A stretch of DNA of 63,254 nucleotides, filler included, from Octopus bimaculoides (taxonomy: Eukaryota): NCBI RefSeq assembly GCF_001194135.2. It is 6 parts of 6 records of this genome, joined end to end, with 100 filler letters (N's around TTAATTAATTAA, not from the genome) between each part and the next. Parts side by side here need not be neighbours in the genome. Positions count along the whole stretch, not along the records: positions 60,620 to 63,254 come from NW_026346934.1; 5 more parts are not named here. One strand, given 5' to 3'. Under the pieces are notes generated by a model. It was given only the letters and a program-made list of their open reading frames with translations, had not been told where the DNA came from and searched no databases. This document shows, piece by piece, positions 61,926 through 63,254 of this stretch. Within the stretch, counting starts at the first letter, position 1; each line of letters starts with the position of its first letter. A program made the position numbers and the translations under genes.

Positions 61926-62544
61926 NNNNNNNNNNNNNNNNNNNNNNNNNNNNNNNNNNNNNNNNNNNNNNNNNNNNNNNNNNNNNNNNNNNNNNNNNNN
62001 NNNNNNNNNNNNNNNNNNNNNNNNNNNNNNNNNNNNNNNNNNNNNNNNNNNNNNNNNNNNNNNNNNNNNNNNNNNNNNNNNNNNNNNNNNNNNNNNNNNN
62101 NNNNNNNNNNNNNNNNNNNNNNNNNNNNNNNNNNNNNNNNNNNNNNNNNNNNNNNNNNNNNNNNNNNNNNNNNNNNNNNNNNNNNNNNNNNNNNNNNNNN
62201 NNNNNNNNNNNNNNNNNNNNNNNNNNNNNNNNNNNNNNNNNNNNNNNNNNNNNNNNNNNNNNNNNNNNNNNNNNNNNNNNNNNNNNNNNNNNNNNNNNNN
62301 NNNNNNNNNNNNNNNNNNNNNNNNNNNNNNNNNNNNNNNNNNNNNNNNNNNNNNNNNNNNNNNNNNNNNNNNNNNNNNNNNNNNNNNNNNNNNNNNNNNN
62401 NNNNNNNNNNNNNNNNNNNNNNNNNNNNNNNNNNNNNNNNNNNNNNNNNNNNNNNNNNNNNNNNNNNNNNNNNNNNNNNNNNNNNNNNNNNNNNNNNNNN
62501 NNNNNNNNNNNNNNNNNNNNNNNNNATATATATATATGTATGTA

Positions 62545-62745
62545 TATATCTATGTGTGTGTCTGTGTTTGTCCTCCACCACCTCCATCACCACTTGACAA
62601 CCAGTGTTGGTGTGTTTACGTTCCCGTAACTTAGCACTTTGGCAAAAGAGACTGATAGGATCAGTACTAGGATTAAGACATAAGTCCTGGGGTCGATTTG
62701 TTCAACTAAAACCCTTTTTAAGTTGGTGTTCCAGCATGGCCACAA
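62545..62745 (+). mobile_element. Family B SINE 3' half
   Basis: CTTGACAACCAGTGTTGGTGTGTTTACGTTCCCGTAACTTAGC...CCAGCATGGCC. Confidence 0.75.
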
Positions 62746-62999
62746 TGTTGAATCATATGTAGGAACAAATGATATAAACTTGTGTTTCTCATAATTCCTC
62801 CTACTAGTTGCTTGACTATACTATACTGCATGGAGGTAAGCCACATGGGGCTTTAAACATGGAAGTAGCAGTCATGTGTGTATTGCATGCACAAGAAAGG
62901 TGAAATAAACATCAGAGATGCTTTATCCTATACAGAACCAGTAAAAGCTTCTCAGAGGTTTTGCAAGCTCTTCTCCAGAGTCTCCCAGAGAGATTTACC

Positions 63000-63190
63000 T
63001 ATAGTTCTATATTTAAGAGATGAGGAATTATGTACATTATTTACATTTGACAGATATTTGTCCTCATCTTGTTTGTTGTTAACACAACGTTTCGGCTGAT
63101 ATACCCTCCAGCCTTCATCGGGTTTCTTGGGGAAATCTCGAACCTGGGTTCTCATTCCTAAGGTATTTTTCGATGTTGTCGTTTTTGTTA
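63000..63190 (-). mobile_element. Penelope-type pLTR with hammerhead motif (CCGAUGA core)
   Basis: Reverse strand CCGATGA-A-GGCTG(gagggtatat)CAGCC-GAA-ACGT-T-GTGTT at 63081-63126; same family as 23.8-24.1 kb. Confidence 0.8.
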
Positions 63191-63254
63191 TTATTATTGA
63201 GGCAAGTGAAATCGAAATCAAATTCGATGACAGCACCGCATGACTGGCATCTGT

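Overview
AT-rich, gap-ridden animal genomic DNA. The SINE and Penelope repeat families look like those of an octopus (inference from recognition, not searched). Most of the window is intron-like: microsatellites, tRNA-head SINEs and decayed transposons. These include mariner, Tigger/pogo with a nested Merlin transposase, an R4/Dong-type LINE, Tx1/L1 and RTE fragments, several Penelope-like elements (one near full length at about 43.9-46.9 kb), a Helentron-type HINE and an internally deleted Helitron. One strong plus-strand coding exon (55576-56157, 194 codons, phase 1-1, product unrecognised) and several weaker candidate exons suggest a single large host gene. The most notable signal is a dense set of more than ten Penelope-type minimal type I hammerhead ribozyme motifs from at least five families. 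They include non-canonical cores (CUGUUGA, CCGAUGA), a canonical-core copy with an 88-nt branched insert in stem II, a fold-back pair, and a 472-bp tandem unit carrying a ribozyme (retrozyme-like). Most listed ORFs are microsatellite or N-gap artefacts. All alignments and folds were done by eye.
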